DNA of 64,000 bases from an uncultured Acidobacteriota bacterium (lineage in GTDB: Bacteria; Actinomycetota; Acidimicrobiia; Spongiisociales; ZC4RG35): the NCBI GenBank assembly GCA_963828465.1, contig CAWHEU010000020.1, forward strand, positions 32,001-96,000, given 5' to 3'. The notes beneath the pieces were generated by a model. That model was given only the letters and a program-made list of their open reading frames with translations, did not search any database and was not told where the DNA came from. Position numbers and translations under genes: made by a program. Position 1 is the stretch's first letter. The number at the start of each line of letters is the position of its first letter. This document shows, one piece after another, positions 10,000 through 20,401 of the stretch.

Positions 10000-10821
10000 C
10001 TAGACGGTCAGGGACTTGAAGCGTCTCATGTTCTCGGTCATGGCCACCTCGGTGGGCAGACGCTCCATCGATGAGGCGCCGAAGAAGCCCACGATCCCCT
10101 CGGTGCGGTCCAGCACATACTGGGCATCGTCGGGCTCGGCGAGCGGCCCTCCGTGGCAGAGCACGACGATGTCTTTGTTGACGCCCACCGCGGCGTCATG
10201 CATGGCCTGGATCTCGACCACGCAATCGTCGAGCGTCTTGGCTGTCTGTGCCCCGATGGTCCCTGAGGTGGTGAGACCCATATGGGGGACAAGCACGTCG
10301 GCCCCGGCCTTGGCCATGGCAACGGCGTCGTCGGGATCGAACACGTAGGGAGAGGTGAGGAGTCCCAGACCGGAAGCCTCCCTGATCATGTCCACCTCCA
10401 ACCCGTACCCCATGCCGGTCTCCTCGAGGTTGGCGCGGAACGTCCCATCGATGAGGCCCACCGTGGGGAAGTTCTGCACCCCGGCGAATCCGGCATCCAT
10501 GACCTGGCGGAGGAAGTTGGGCATCATCCGAAAAGGATCGGTCCCGCACACGCCCGCCAGCACCGGCGTTTGGTCGACAACGGGCAGCACCTCGTTACCC
10601 ATCTCCATCACGATCGCATTGGCGTCGCCATAAGGGAGCAGCCCTGCCAGCGATCCCCGGCCCGCCATTCGATAACGACCCGAGTTGTAGATGATGATCA
10701 GGTCGGCGCCACCGGCTTCGGCGCACTTCGCCGAGAGGCCGGTCCCGGCGCCGGCCCCGATGATCGGACCCCCTCCCTCGAGGGTGGCCCGCAACCTGGC
10801 TCGAGCTTCATCCCCATTCAT
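10000..10821 (-). CDS. PEP-hydrolase-like TIM-barrel protein (homologous to the Tm-1 C-terminal domain)
   Basis: [47 protein letters not shown]; [11 protein letters not shown]. Confidence 0.92.
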   Translation of the reverse strand: MNGDEARARLRATLEGGGPIIGAGAGTGLSAKCAEAGGADLIIIYNSGRYRMAGRGSLAGLLPYGDANAIVMEMGNEVLPVVDQTPVLAGVCGTDPFRMMPNFLRQVMDAGFAGVQNFPTVGLIDGTFRANLEETGMGYGLEVDMIREASGLGLLTSPYVFDPDDAVAMAKAGADVLVPHMGLTTSGTIGAQTAKTLDDCVVEIQAMHDAAVGVNKDIVVLCHGGPLAEPDDAQYVLDRTEGIVGFFGASSMERLPTEVAMTENMRRFKSLTV

Positions 10822-12041
10822 CCTGTCCCTTTCATGTAGTCGTCCAGCTTCTGCGCCATTGCCGCCGCGAATGCGGGGTCATTGATGTCGCATTCCATCT
10901 CGATGAGCTCGACCGAGCTTGCGAGGTTCTCACGAATTGCGGAGAACAGCGCTTGGTCGGCAGCGGCGTCGTGAAAGGGCTGACCTTCGACAGCGATCAT
11001 CGATACGCCTCCCAGCGGCATGAACAGGGCCGTAGGCCCCGAGGCCGCCGAGAGCTTCTCCGCGATCTGCCGACCGAGCTGGGCCGACTCCTCGGCCGTG
11101 GTTCGCATCAGGGTGACGGAGGGGTTGTGTTGGTACATGGTCCGACCCTCGAACTTCTCCGGGACAGTTTCGGGGGCACCGAAGTTCACCATGTCGAGCG
11201 CGCCCAGTGAAACCACCTGGGGGACACCAGTCCGTGCAGCTGCTCCCAACCGGTCGGGGCCGGCCGTGAGGACACCGCCTACCAACTCGTCACAAAGCTC
11301 CGTCGTCGTCAGATCGAGAACCCCATCGAAGAATCCGGCATCGACCAGGCTCTCCATTGCCTTGCCGCCCGTGCCGGTGCAGTGGAATACGAGCACCTCG
11401 TAGCCGCGGCGCTCGAGGTCCTGGCGCGCCGCCGTTACTGCCGGTGTGGTAACGCCGAACATCGTGGCTGCGATCAGGGGGCGCTGATCATCGAGGGAGA
11501 CAGGAGCCTTTTTCACCATGCCTGCCATAGCGGCGGCGGCGTTCGCCAATATCAGAGCCGAGATGGAGTTGACCCCGGCGATATCGGTCACTGACGCCAT
11601 CATCGTTATGTCAATGCTGCCCATATACGACGATGTGTCGCCCGACGCCATCGTCGAGAGCATCAATTTCGGGACACCCACGGGCAGCGCCCGCATGACC
11701 TTGGTTGCGATTGCCGTGCCCCCGGATCCACCTGCCGCGAGGATGCCGTCGAACCTGCCCTCCCCGTAGAGCTGAGCCACGAAGACGGCGGCGGCCTCGG
11801 TCATCGTGGCGACTGCCTGTCCTCGGTCGCCAGCCGCGGCGAGCTCATCGGCGTCGGCCCCGATGGCGGCAGCCACCTGTTGCCGGGTCACGTCCGGTGT
11901 GATGCCTGCGGGCTCATGGACCCCTACGTCGACGACCAGCACCTCGACATCGTCGGCCGACAACCGGTCGCGCAGGTACGAGTATTCGAAGCCCTTGGTG
12001 TCGAGAGTGCCCAGAAGAAGCACGGTTGGCGAGTCAGGCAC
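10818..12041 (-). CDS. Tm-1-like ATP-binding domain protein (UPF0261), copy 1
   Basis: [48 protein letters not shown]. Confidence 0.92.
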   Translation of the reverse strand: MPDSPTVLLLGTLDTKGFEYSYLRDRLSADDVEVLVVDVGVHEPAGITPDVTRQQVAAAIGADADELAAAGDRGQAVATMTEAAAVFVAQLYGEGRFDGILAAGGSGGTAIATKVMRALPVGVPKLMLSTMASGDTSSYMGSIDITMMASVTDIAGVNSISALILANAAAAMAGMVKKAPVSLDDQRPLIAATMFGVTTPAVTAARQDLERRGYEVLVFHCTGTGGKAMESLVDAGFFDGVLDLTTTELCDELVGGVLTAGPDRLGAAARTGVPQVVSLGALDMVNFGAPETVPEKFEGRTMYQHNPSVTLMRTTAEESAQLGRQIAEKLSAASGPTALFMPLGGVSMIAVEGQPFHDAAADQALFSAIRENLASSVELIEMECDINDPAFAAAMAQKLDDYMKGTG

Positions 12042-12131
12042 AGGTTCTCCTCTCGAGGTATTGACCCGCCGGGGCGGGGCGAATGGTCAGGGTTAGGGTG
12101 GAGTGATGTTCTCGATGGGGGTGTTCTGGCG

Positions 12132-12896
12132 ATGACGGACGGGTTCCGCCTGGATGGCCGGACTGCTTTGGTCACCGGGGCCAGCCGCGGTCTCGGAAGG
12201 GCGATGGCCGAGGCCTTGGGCCGGGCTGGAGCGAGAGTGGTGCTCGTCAGCCGGACCATCGAGGACCTGGACCAAGCCGCCGATGAGCTTGCTGCTGCCT
12301 CGTGCGACGTGGTGGCAAAGGCCTTCGATCTCTCCGAAGTCGCTGGGATCGCGTCGTGGGTGGCCGATGTCTGGTCCGAGGTCGGCCCCGTAGAAATCGT
12401 TGTCCACTCGGCGGGTCATCAGCGCCGCGCCGGAGCGGTCGAGGTGGAGCTCGACGACTGGGATCGGATCCTGACGGTCAACCTCACCGCCCCGTTCTTT
12501 CTGTCCCGCGAGGTGGGGAAGCGCCAGATAGAAGCTGGTTCGACCGGATCCCATATCTTCATCGGGTCCTTGACGACGAACATCGGGATCGCCAGAGCGG
12601 CACCGTATGCGGCTTCGAAGGCCGGCATTGCCGGCGTGGTCAGGACACTTGCCGTCGAGTGGGCTCCTGCCGGGATTCGGGTGAACGCGGTGAGCCCGGG
12701 GTATTTCCGCACCCAGCTGACCGAGGGCGTCTTCCAGGACGCGGAGCGAAGCGCCTGGATTCACTCGCGGATCCCCATGGAGAGGGTGGGCTCTCCCGCT
12801 GATCTCGGTGGGGCCGTCGTCTTCCTCGCTTCCGACGCTTCGTCCTATATGACGGGGACGATCCTCAATGTCGATGGCGGCTGGCTCGCCGGCTGA
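12132..12896 (+). CDS. Classical SDR, gluconate 5-/2-deoxygluconate 3-dehydrogenase-like
   Basis: TGASRGLG, YAASK, VNAVSPGYFRT, DGGWLA. Confidence 0.85.
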   Translation: MTDGFRLDGRTALVTGASRGLGRAMAEALGRAGARVVLVSRTIEDLDQAADELAAASCDVVAKAFDLSEVAGIASWVADVWSEVGPVEIVVHSAGHQRRAGAVEVELDDWDRILTVNLTAPFFLSREVGKRQIEAGSTGSHIFIGSLTTNIGIARAAPYAASKAGIAGVVRTLAVEWAPAGIRVNAVSPGYFRTQLTEGVFQDAERSAWIHSRIPMERVGSPADLGGAVVFLASDASSYMTGTILNVDGGWLAG

Positions 12897-12919
12897 GAAA
12901 TGGTGAGCCGGACCCTGGC

Positions 12920-14371
12920 TCATCGCGGCGGACCGAAGCCGAGCTTGCCGGGATTGAGGATCCCGTCGGGGTCGATCGCCTCCTTGATCGCCTGCAGATA
13001 TGGCCAAGTCTCGCCGTATTGCTCGCGCATGAAACGGCCCAGCTTCACACCCACACCATGGTGCTCGTTGATCACTCCGCCCTGAGCGAGCGAAGTTCGC
13101 ACCGCCGAGTCCCACAGTCGATCGTGGAGGGCGAGCGCTTCCAGCGGGTCATCTGGGGGCTCATGGACGTAGAACCGGTCGTAGACCATCACCCCCCACG
13201 GGAACCAATGCGAGAAATGTGCCGTGTACTTGGCGCCGTACTCGGCGAAGCCCTCCTCGATGTTCTTTCGCTTCGCCCGGTACAGGTCGGGCATGTCGTC
13301 GAACGTGCAGACGGTGTCGGTCGTGCCGAAGATCGTCGGAGGTGTCGGCGCCTTCCCCTCGGCATACGGCTCGTACTTGCCATCCCACCAGGTTCTCGCC
13401 CCTTCGGGACCGAGGTAGGCCCCTCCGGCCTCGGTGCATATCTCGGTGACCGCCTCTGCCTCGAGATCGACGAGGCGCCGGTCCCCGTCGCAGATGACGA
13501 CGAGTAGGGCACCGGTGAGTTGGAGCCCCAGGATGTCGTTGAGCTTGTCCCGATCGGCTTCGTCGTACAGGCGCATGACGGCCGGCCGCCACCGTCGGGT
13601 CATGATCTGACGCCCGGCTTCGAGCCCGTCGAAGACCGTCTCGAACTCGAAGGTGAGAAAGGCCTGCGCCTCCGGAATCGGATCCATGCGAAGCCTGGCG
13701 GAGGTCAGAACACCCATCGTGCCTTCCGAGCCGACGAGCAGGGGGAGGAGCCCCGGTCCGGCGGCATGGCTCGGGACCGGGAGCGTTGAGACCAACCGCC
13801 CCGGAGGGAGGGCGACCTCGGCCTGGAGGACCAGATCTTCGGCCTTGCCATACTTCGTGGACCGGACCCCGGACCCGCGAGCCGCCAGCCAGCCGCCCAC
13901 CGTGGCTCCGAAGTGGAAAGACCCGGGCTCGTGGGCGACGGCGAGCCCGAGAGGGGACAGGGCCTGCTCGAGTTGTGGCCCCGTGACGCCTGCCTCGGCG
14001 GAAACCACCAGGCTCGTCTCGTCGACCTCGATGATCCGGTCCATTCGGGTCAGGTCGATGGAGATCCCGCCATACAGGGCGAAGGTCCCGCCCTGTGTGC
14101 CGGAACCGCCGCCCCGCGGTACCACCGGGACCCGATGGTCGCTGGCTATGCGCAGCACACCCGCGACCTCCTGGGCGGTGCCGGGGCGAACCATGACATC
14201 GGCCACAGGGAGCTGCATCCCGTGGAGCCTGTAGAGCTGAGACATCCAGGACCAGTCCGCGGCCTGCTCGGTGAGCTCACCGGCGTCAATCGAGGTGTGT
14301 TTGGCGCCGACGACGTCGGACAGCTCGTGTTGGAGCATCCTCAGTCGATATCCGGACCGGGCGTCAGACAT
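12920..14371 (-). CDS. FAD-binding oxidoreductase (GlcD/alkyl-DHAP synthase-like)
   Basis: PRGGGSG, GSEGTMGV, HFSH, EHHGVG, DPDGILNPGK. Confidence 0.88.
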   Translation of the reverse strand: MSDARSGYRLRMLQHELSDVVGAKHTSIDAGELTEQAADWSWMSQLYRLHGMQLPVADVMVRPGTAQEVAGVLRIASDHRVPVVPRGGGSGTQGGTFALYGGISIDLTRMDRIIEVDETSLVVSAEAGVTGPQLEQALSPLGLAVAHEPGSFHFGATVGGWLAARGSGVRSTKYGKAEDLVLQAEVALPPGRLVSTLPVPSHAAGPGLLPLLVGSEGTMGVLTSARLRMDPIPEAQAFLTFEFETVFDGLEAGRQIMTRRWRPAVMRLYDEADRDKLNDILGLQLTGALLVVICDGDRRLVDLEAEAVTEICTEAGGAYLGPEGARTWWDGKYEPYAEGKAPTPPTIFGTTDTVCTFDDMPDLYRAKRKNIEEGFAEYGAKYTAHFSHWFPWGVMVYDRFYVHEPPDDPLEALALHDRLWDSAVRTSLAQGGVINEHHGVGVKLGRFMREQYGETWPYLQAIKEAIDPDGILNPGKLGFGPPR

Positions 14372-15059
14372 GATCGAGGGCAGAGCTGTTCGTCGAGATG
14401 AATGGACGTGCCACGTCTAGCTGGCGAATCAGGCTGGCCTCCATGTGATCGATGTGGTCGTGGACGAGTCGGCGTGTCGCGTCATGGTCCGAGGCGGCGA
14501 CAGAGCCGGCGATCGAGGCGTGCTCCTCGGCGCAGAGAGCCAGTCGCTCGAGGCGGCCAGGCTCGGACGTCCAGAACCGGTGGAGCCGGCGCCGCTGCTT
14601 GGCTGCGATATCCGAGAGCAAGGTGTGATTGGAAGCCTTCTGCAGGATCTCGTGGAAGACACCGTCGCCTTCCGACCATCGGTCGAGGTCCTGTTCTGCC
14701 GCTGCCTCCTCCATCATGTCGACACACTCGCGCAGTGCCACACCTTGTTCCTCGGTCAGGTTCTCGGATGCTCGAATGAACACCGCGGTGTCGACGAGGC
14801 GGAGCACATCACACACCTCCCGGACATCGGTCGGGGTGAGCCCGGCGACCGAGTACCCGCTGTTGTGATTTCGACGCACCAGCTGGTCCAGCTCCAACCG
14901 TTGCAAAGCCGCCCGCACCGGTGTTCGACTGATTCCGAGCCACTCCGCCAGCGCCACCTCCTTGAGGTGGTCACCCGGGCTCACGCTGTCGCTGGTGAGG
15001 AGCTCGCGCAGCTGGGCGTAGGCCCGGTCGGTGACGGTGGTCGACTCGGCTTCTCCCAT
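14364..15059 (-). CDS. GntR-family regulator (FCD domain)
   Basis: LAEWLGISRTPVRAAL wHTH; FHEIL and EEHASI FCD motifs. Confidence 0.9.
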   Translation of the reverse strand: MGEAESTTVTDRAYAQLRELLTSDSVSPGDHLKEVALAEWLGISRTPVRAALQRLELDQLVRRNHNSGYSVAGLTPTDVREVCDVLRLVDTAVFIRASENLTEEQGVALRECVDMMEEAAAEQDLDRWSEGDGVFHEILQKASNHTLLSDIAAKQRRRLHRFWTSEPGRLERLALCAEEHASIAGSVAASDHDATRRLVHDHIDHMEASLIRQLDVARPFISTNSSALDHV

Positions 15060-15967
15060 CACATGACCCGGTCGACGAACTCTCGGTTCTCGACCTTGAC
15101 CGGCACCTGCATGAGCTCGAGCACACCTCGAGCCACGTGCTCGGAGTATCTCCTGAACGACTCCTCGCCCTTCTCCTTGGTGGCGCGCATCGGGTTGCCG
15201 ATCACCCCGGTCTCGGTGAACTCGTGATGATCCATGGGAAAGTTGAAATAGGTGTAGCCCTCGAACTCCACGTCCGGGGCACCGTCGAATTTCCTGAATG
15301 AGTCGGGGAGGAAGTCGGGGATAGACGTGGGGGTGTGCTCGGCCCTGTCCATTCGAACCAGATCCTCGTTCCACGCCAGGCACTGGGAGGTCTCCCACTC
15401 ACTCGAGTGCCAGCCCGGGGTCTCCTCGGGCGGGTTCTCGAAGATCCCCTCGACCACCCCGACGTATCGCTCCATGTAGGGCTTGACCAATCCGATCAGC
15501 GCACCCGTCTCGTACCGGAGTTTGCGGAGGACCGGGTCGACCACCTTGATGTTCGAGCCGTGCCCGTTCACGAACACGATCCGGTTGAACCCGTGGTGGA
15601 TGAGGCTTCGCGCCACGTCTTCCATCAGGGCAAGCAATGTCGTCGAGCGGACAGTGATGGTGCCCCGACCCTCACCGGGACGGTGCATGTGTTGCGGTGA
15701 GTAACCCGTCCAGATCGGCGGGGTGTGCAGAACTCCGATCAGACGGGACACCCGGGCCGATATCTCGATGGCCGTGATGGTGTCGCAGTAGAGCGGGAGA
15801 TGCGGCCCGTGCTGTTCCGTGCTCGCCATCGGCACCAGCACCATGTCCTTCTCTTCGAGGTAGGCACGGATGTCCACATAGGACAGCTCCGCCAGGTTCC
15901 AGGAGACGAACTGCTCTCGGAATGCCCGTTCGGCTTCAGTGATATCCAGCAAAGAGTCTGTGGTCAT
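15059..15967 (-). CDS. Creatininase/creatinine amidohydrolase family (IolN/MftE-like)
   Basis: GGAGAG RBS; PMASTEQHGPHLPLYCD, VNGHGSN, WHSSEWETS, GVIGNP. Confidence 0.88.
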   Translation of the reverse strand: MTTDSLLDITEAERAFREQFVSWNLAELSYVDIRAYLEEKDMVLVPMASTEQHGPHLPLYCDTITAIEISARVSRLIGVLHTPPIWTGYSPQHMHRPGEGRGTITVRSTTLLALMEDVARSLIHHGFNRIVFVNGHGSNIKVVDPVLRKLRYETGALIGLVKPYMERYVGVVEGIFENPPEETPGWHSSEWETSQCLAWNEDLVRMDRAEHTPTSIPDFLPDSFRKFDGAPDVEFEGYTYFNFPMDHHEFTETGVIGNPMRATKEKGEESFRRYSEHVARGVLELMQVPVKVENREFVDRVM

Positions 15968-17225
15968 TTCGCTCTCTCCAGTTGTGCTGTGGATGGGCCG
16001 GCGTGCTCGCAGCAGGTCGACGAACAGGTCGGCGACGATCTCCCCAAAGCGGGGGTCGTTGACGTGATGCTCGAAGTCGTGAATCGTGATGTCGGGTCGG
16101 AGGTCGTTCCGCAGGCTCGTGACGAAGGCCTGGTCGGCGTCCGGGTCCCAGAACACCCCACCCGGCACATTGGGGATGGACAGACCCTCGGTGGGGATGG
16201 CGAGGGCAATCGGGCCGGTCGCCCGATTGAGGCGCTCTGCGAAGAGATGCCCGATTTGCTCCATCTGGCTCTCCGGTGTCCGGACGAGGGTGTACTCGGG
16301 GTTGTGGTCGTAGGTCGGTCGTGTCGGCCAGATCGGGAGGAACCTGGCCACTGGCGAACACACTGAAATCGATGCACCCCGGAACCACGATCTGAGGCAG
16401 ACCTGCCTCGCCGACCCTCTGTAGTCGGCGCGGCCCTCCGTCGTGGATGCCCCCGACCATCGGATCGGTGACCTCGTTGGTGGTGAAGTCGATGACGCCG
16501 ATGAACTGCCCCGCCTCGGCCAGCTCCTCCATGGCAGGCCCGCCGACACCATTGGAGTGGAAGACGACGGCCTGGTAGCCGTGCTCGGCCAGGCGATCGC
16601 GCAGAGCCATGACCGCCTTGGTGGTGTTGCCGAGCATCGTCACGCCGACGAAACGGCTGTCTGGACCACCTGGTTGGAGTCGGCGCGGATTGGCGGCCAT
16701 GGCGGCCACCGCCGTGGCCACGTTGTCGAACACCGTGGTCGCCACCGGGTTCAGACCCATGATGTCGACCACGGTGTGCACCACCATCATGTCCGAAGTG
16801 CCCACCAGGGGCCCGAACTCGTGACGACCGGACGCGATCGGGCTCAACAGCACTTTTGGCACGCCGATCGGGAGCACCATCAGAGCGGCGGCGCCCATCA
16901 CCGCGCCCTCCGCTCCGCCCAGCCCGATTGCGGCATCGACCATCCCACGATCGTGCAGCTCCGTCATCAACGACTGGATGGCGCTGCGCATCGTGGCGAC
17001 CGCCCGCCCCCGGGTGCCGGCCTGGCGGACCTCCTCGATCGTGGTCCCCGCGTACGCGGCCACCTCGCCGTGGTCTATGTCGGGAACGATGCCGAGTGGC
17101 TCGCCCAGGATCCCGACGTCTATCACCGTCGTGGCACAACCCTGCTCGATGAGACGATCACGGATGTACGCCACCTCCGGGCCCTTGGTGTCCAGGGTGC
17201 CGACGACGACGACGTTTGGGGCCAC
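15964..17225 (-). pseudogene. Tm-1-like (UPF0261) protein, copy 2, frameshifted (possibly a sequencing artefact)
   Basis: VGTLDTKG..LPIGVPKV..FHSNGVGG..PGCIDF in one frame, continuing YDHNPEYTLVRT..HVNDPRF in another (shift near 16320); second shift likely near the 3' end. Confidence 0.75.
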
Positions 17226-17227
17226 TC

Positions 17228-18118
17228 TCAGTCTTGGATCAGCGGCAGCACGTGGGCGCTGGCCTTCTCGACCATCCAGTCGTAGAACTCCTCACTGAGG
17301 GTCGAGCTGCCGTGGTCCTGGATGAACTTGAGCTGCTCGGGGGAGATTCCGGCCGGGTTGTTGTCGATCGCGTTGGGATAGGGATTGGCCGGGGTCCGGT
17401 CGATCGGAGCCACGAATTCCATGGTCAACGCACCGTCGTAGCCGACCTGCCGCAGGAGGGCAACCACCTCGGCCCAGTCGTAGTCACCCATGCCCGGGGG
17501 CATCCGATTGTTCTCGGCGACGTGGAAATCGGTGAGACGGTCGCCGACATCGAGGATGGCTTGGCGCCAGTCCGCTTCCTCGATGTTGATGTGGAAGGCA
17601 TCCATGCAAACCCCACAGTCGGGGCCCGTGGCCTCGGCCAGCGCCAGTGCCTGCTCCCCGCGGTTGATGAAGTAGGTCTCGAACCGGTTCAGTGGCTCGA
17701 TACACGGGCGAACGCCCTCGACGAGGGCATGAGCCATGATCTCGGCCATGCCGTCCACGGCCCACTTCCACTCCTCCTCGGGGGAGGCGTCGGGGATGAT
17801 CTTCCCCACCGTGGCGGGCACGATGGTGATCTCCTGGCCCTGCAGCTCTTTGACCATCGTGATGCAGTCCTTGACGTACTTCACCGAGGCTGCCCGCTGT
17901 GCCTCGTCCTTCGCCACCAGGTTGCGATCGCCGAGCATCAGTGTCACCGCACCCCAGCATTCGAGGCCGGCGTCGTCCAGCAGCCCCTTGACATGCTTGG
18001 TGTCGTAGATGTCCGGCTCCCCGCTGATCTCGATGCTCGAGTAGCCGAATTTGGCAAGCCGGGTGATGGTCACCTCGATTGGCTCGGCTCGCATCCAGTT
18101 GTGCATGGACAGGTGCAT
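17228..18118 (-). CDS. Sugar isomerase/epimerase TIM barrel (D-tagatose 3-epimerase-like)
   Basis: IEPLNRFETYFIN, DAFHINIEE, HVAENNR, TMEF catalytic/metal motifs. Confidence 0.88.
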   Translation of the reverse strand: MHLSMHNWMRAEPIEVTITRLAKFGYSSIEISGEPDIYDTKHVKGLLDDAGLECWGAVTLMLGDRNLVAKDEAQRAASVKYVKDCITMVKELQGQEITIVPATVGKIIPDASPEEEWKWAVDGMAEIMAHALVEGVRPCIEPLNRFETYFINRGEQALALAEATGPDCGVCMDAFHINIEEADWRQAILDVGDRLTDFHVAENNRMPPGMGDYDWAEVVALLRQVGYDGALTMEFVAPIDRTPANPYPNAIDNNPAGISPEQLKFIQDHGSSTLSEEFYDWMVEKASAHVLPLIQD

Positions 18119-18173
18119 CGGTCCTCCTCCTCGACTCAGGAGCGTTCTGGGCGCCGCTCACAGGGGCCAGAAA

Positions 18174-18195
18174 TTGTATACACGTTTGTACACAC
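18174..18195. promoter_or_regulatory. Putative GntR operator in divergent promoter region
   Basis: TTGTATACAC-gt-TTGTACACAC tandem near-palindromes typical of GntR/FadR sites; AT-rich patch in GC-rich DNA; GntR gene is in the cluster. Confidence 0.65.
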
Positions 18196-18236
18196 GCGCC
18201 CTGGCGAGCCGTGGTACTTTCGTCGCCGGTGAATAG

Positions 18237-19316
18237 ATGAGTCTGGCCAGAACTGCCGGGTCAGAGGCAATGGGAGGCGCCCGGAGACGGCCGGAGCTGA
18301 GGCGCCGCATCCTGATTGCCGTGGCGGCTGTGCCCCTTCTGTTGCTCCTCGCCTGGGTCCTGTTCCTCGCCCGAGGGACATCGGCGGGCCCGGCCATCGC
18401 CGAACCTGGAGAGTTCCTCGTCACGCTGCTCGACGCGATCACCGTGGCCGGGCTGTTCTTCGTGGTGGCTTCGGGATTCACTCTCATCTTCGGCTTGATG
18501 CGAACCGTGAACATGGCCCATGGGTCGCTCTTTCTGATGGCCGCCTATCTCGGCATCACCGTGCAGCAGACCATGGTGGGGAAGACGCGCAACATCGAGC
18601 CTGCAGACGTGAGCATGGCCGCCTGGTTCGTCCCGCTGTTGGTGGGGGCACTGGTGGCTGCTGTGATCGGCATCATCGTCCAGCAGGTGCTGTTGCGTTG
18701 GAACGAGGGTCAGGAGCTGCGCCAGGCCCTGATCACGCTGGCCGTGGCAGTGATCCTGGCCGATCAGATGTTGGCGTGGTTCGGCGGGTTGGCCACCAGG
18801 ATGATCTGGCCCGGAGCGGTGACCCATTTCTTCGAGATCGCCGGTGAGCGCTATGCCACTTCGAGGTTGTTCATGCTCGGCGTCGCCCTGGTGGTCGGTG
18901 TGGCACTTTGGCTTTGGCTGGGCAGGACACGAATGGGAATGATCATCCGTGCCGGTGTCGATGACCGCGACATGGTCCGGGCACTCGGGATAAACATCCT
19001 TGCGGTCTTTGCCATCACCTTCTTCGTCGGCGCTTTCCTGGCCGGTGTGGGTGGGGTCATGGGCGCCTCATTCGCCGGTGTCGCGCCGGGGGCGGACGGG
19101 CAGTGGCTCCTCAATTCGCTGGTGGTGGTGATCGTTGGAGGCTTGGGCTCGCTGAAAGGGGCGGTGGCCGGGTCCCTCCTCTTCGGATTGGTCGTCTCGT
19201 TCTCTCCTGCCTACCTGCCCGCGGAGTTCACCTTCTACAGCATCATCCTCACCTTCGTGCTGCTGGCAGTGGTTCTCGCAGTCCGGCCATACGGTCTGTT
19301 CGGGAGACCGGCGTGA
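18237..19316 (+). CDS. livH: Branched-chain-amino-acid-type ABC permease (LivH-like)
   Basis: GFTLIFGLMRTVNMAHG; GMIIRA; VVIVGGLGS; start could be 18270. Confidence 0.88.
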   Translation: MSLARTAGSEAMGGARRRPELRRRILIAVAAVPLLLLLAWVLFLARGTSAGPAIAEPGEFLVTLLDAITVAGLFFVVASGFTLIFGLMRTVNMAHGSLFLMAAYLGITVQQTMVGKTRNIEPADVSMAAWFVPLLVGALVAAVIGIIVQQVLLRWNEGQELRQALITLAVAVILADQMLAWFGGLATRMIWPGAVTHFFEIAGERYATSRLFMLGVALVVGVALWLWLGRTRMGMIIRAGVDDRDMVRALGINILAVFAITFFVGAFLAGVGGVMGASFAGVAPGADGQWLLNSLVVVIVGGLGSLKGAVAGSLLFGLVVSFSPAYLPAEFTFYSIILTFVLLAVVLAVRPYGLFGRPA

Positions 19317-20333
19317 GCGCCTCACCATCCAAGATCGCCCTCGTCGCGGTGTGCCGCAGCATTGGTGGCACTCCCGCTGGTGTCATCCGAGTTCGTCACG
19401 TCTTTCCTCATGACCAGGATCCTGATCCTCGCCATCGCCGCTGCCTCGATCGTGTTCCTGTTCCGTTATGGCGGGATGGTCTCCCTCGGCCAGTTCCTCA
19501 TATTCGGGGTGGCAGGGTTCATGGTGGGCAACGCGGTGGGCGACTCCGGGTCGAAGGGGCTCAAACTGGGTTGGGATCCCTGGGTGGGAGTGATCTTTGC
19601 CCTTGCGATCTGCCTGGTCGTCGCCTTGGTGCTGGGAGCGCTGGCCAGCCGGACGAGTGGCATCTACTTCCTGATGTTGACTCTGACCTACGCGGTGATC
19701 GGGTACTACTTCTTCGGGCAGGTCACCACCTTGTCGGGATTCGGAGGCATCACCGGGATCAGACCGCCGCCCCTGTTCGAGGGGCACCCCTGGCGTCTCT
19801 ACTACGTCGCCCTCGGCCTCTCGTTGGTGGTATATCTCGGTTTCAAGGCAATCGCCCGAACGCCTTTTGGCCTGGCCTTGCAGGGCACCCGGGACGACCC
19901 GATCAGGATGGCGTCACTCGGCTTCAACGTGCCTCTGCACCGGACCCTGGCATTTGTCATCGCGGGGTTCGTCGCGGGATGCGCCGGGATACTCAACATC
20001 TGGTGGAACGGCCAGATCGACCCGACATCGATCTCGATCGGGCCGACGCTCGATCTCCTCATAATCGCGGTCATCGGCGGCATCTCCTATTTCGAAGGCG
20101 CCTGGCTCGGCGCGGCCGTCTACGTCTCGGCCAACATCTATTTGCGAAACGTCCCGCTGGTCGACCAGATCGGCATCACGGAGGCACGGTTCAACACAGT
20201 GATCGGGCTCCTGGTGCTGTTGATCATGGTTCTCTCGCCCGAGGGAATCATGGGCATCATCGACCGGCTTCGTCGGGGGAAGCGAGAAGCGGAAGCCTCG
20301 GTGCCCGCGATGGCCAGAGTCGGTAGCGGGTGA
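19313..20333 (+). CDS. livM: ABC permease (LivM-like); apparent 1-nt frameshift near 19350
   Basis: GTG overlapping the upstream TGA; GGMVSLGQ, GIYFLMLTL, PEGIMG; first ~13 codons are in another frame. Confidence 0.82.
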
Positions 20334-20401
20334 TGCCCGAGCCGGCGGACGACAACAAGGAAGAGCGCGAGAGACGAATGCTCGCCGATGAGGAGGAACG
20401 A

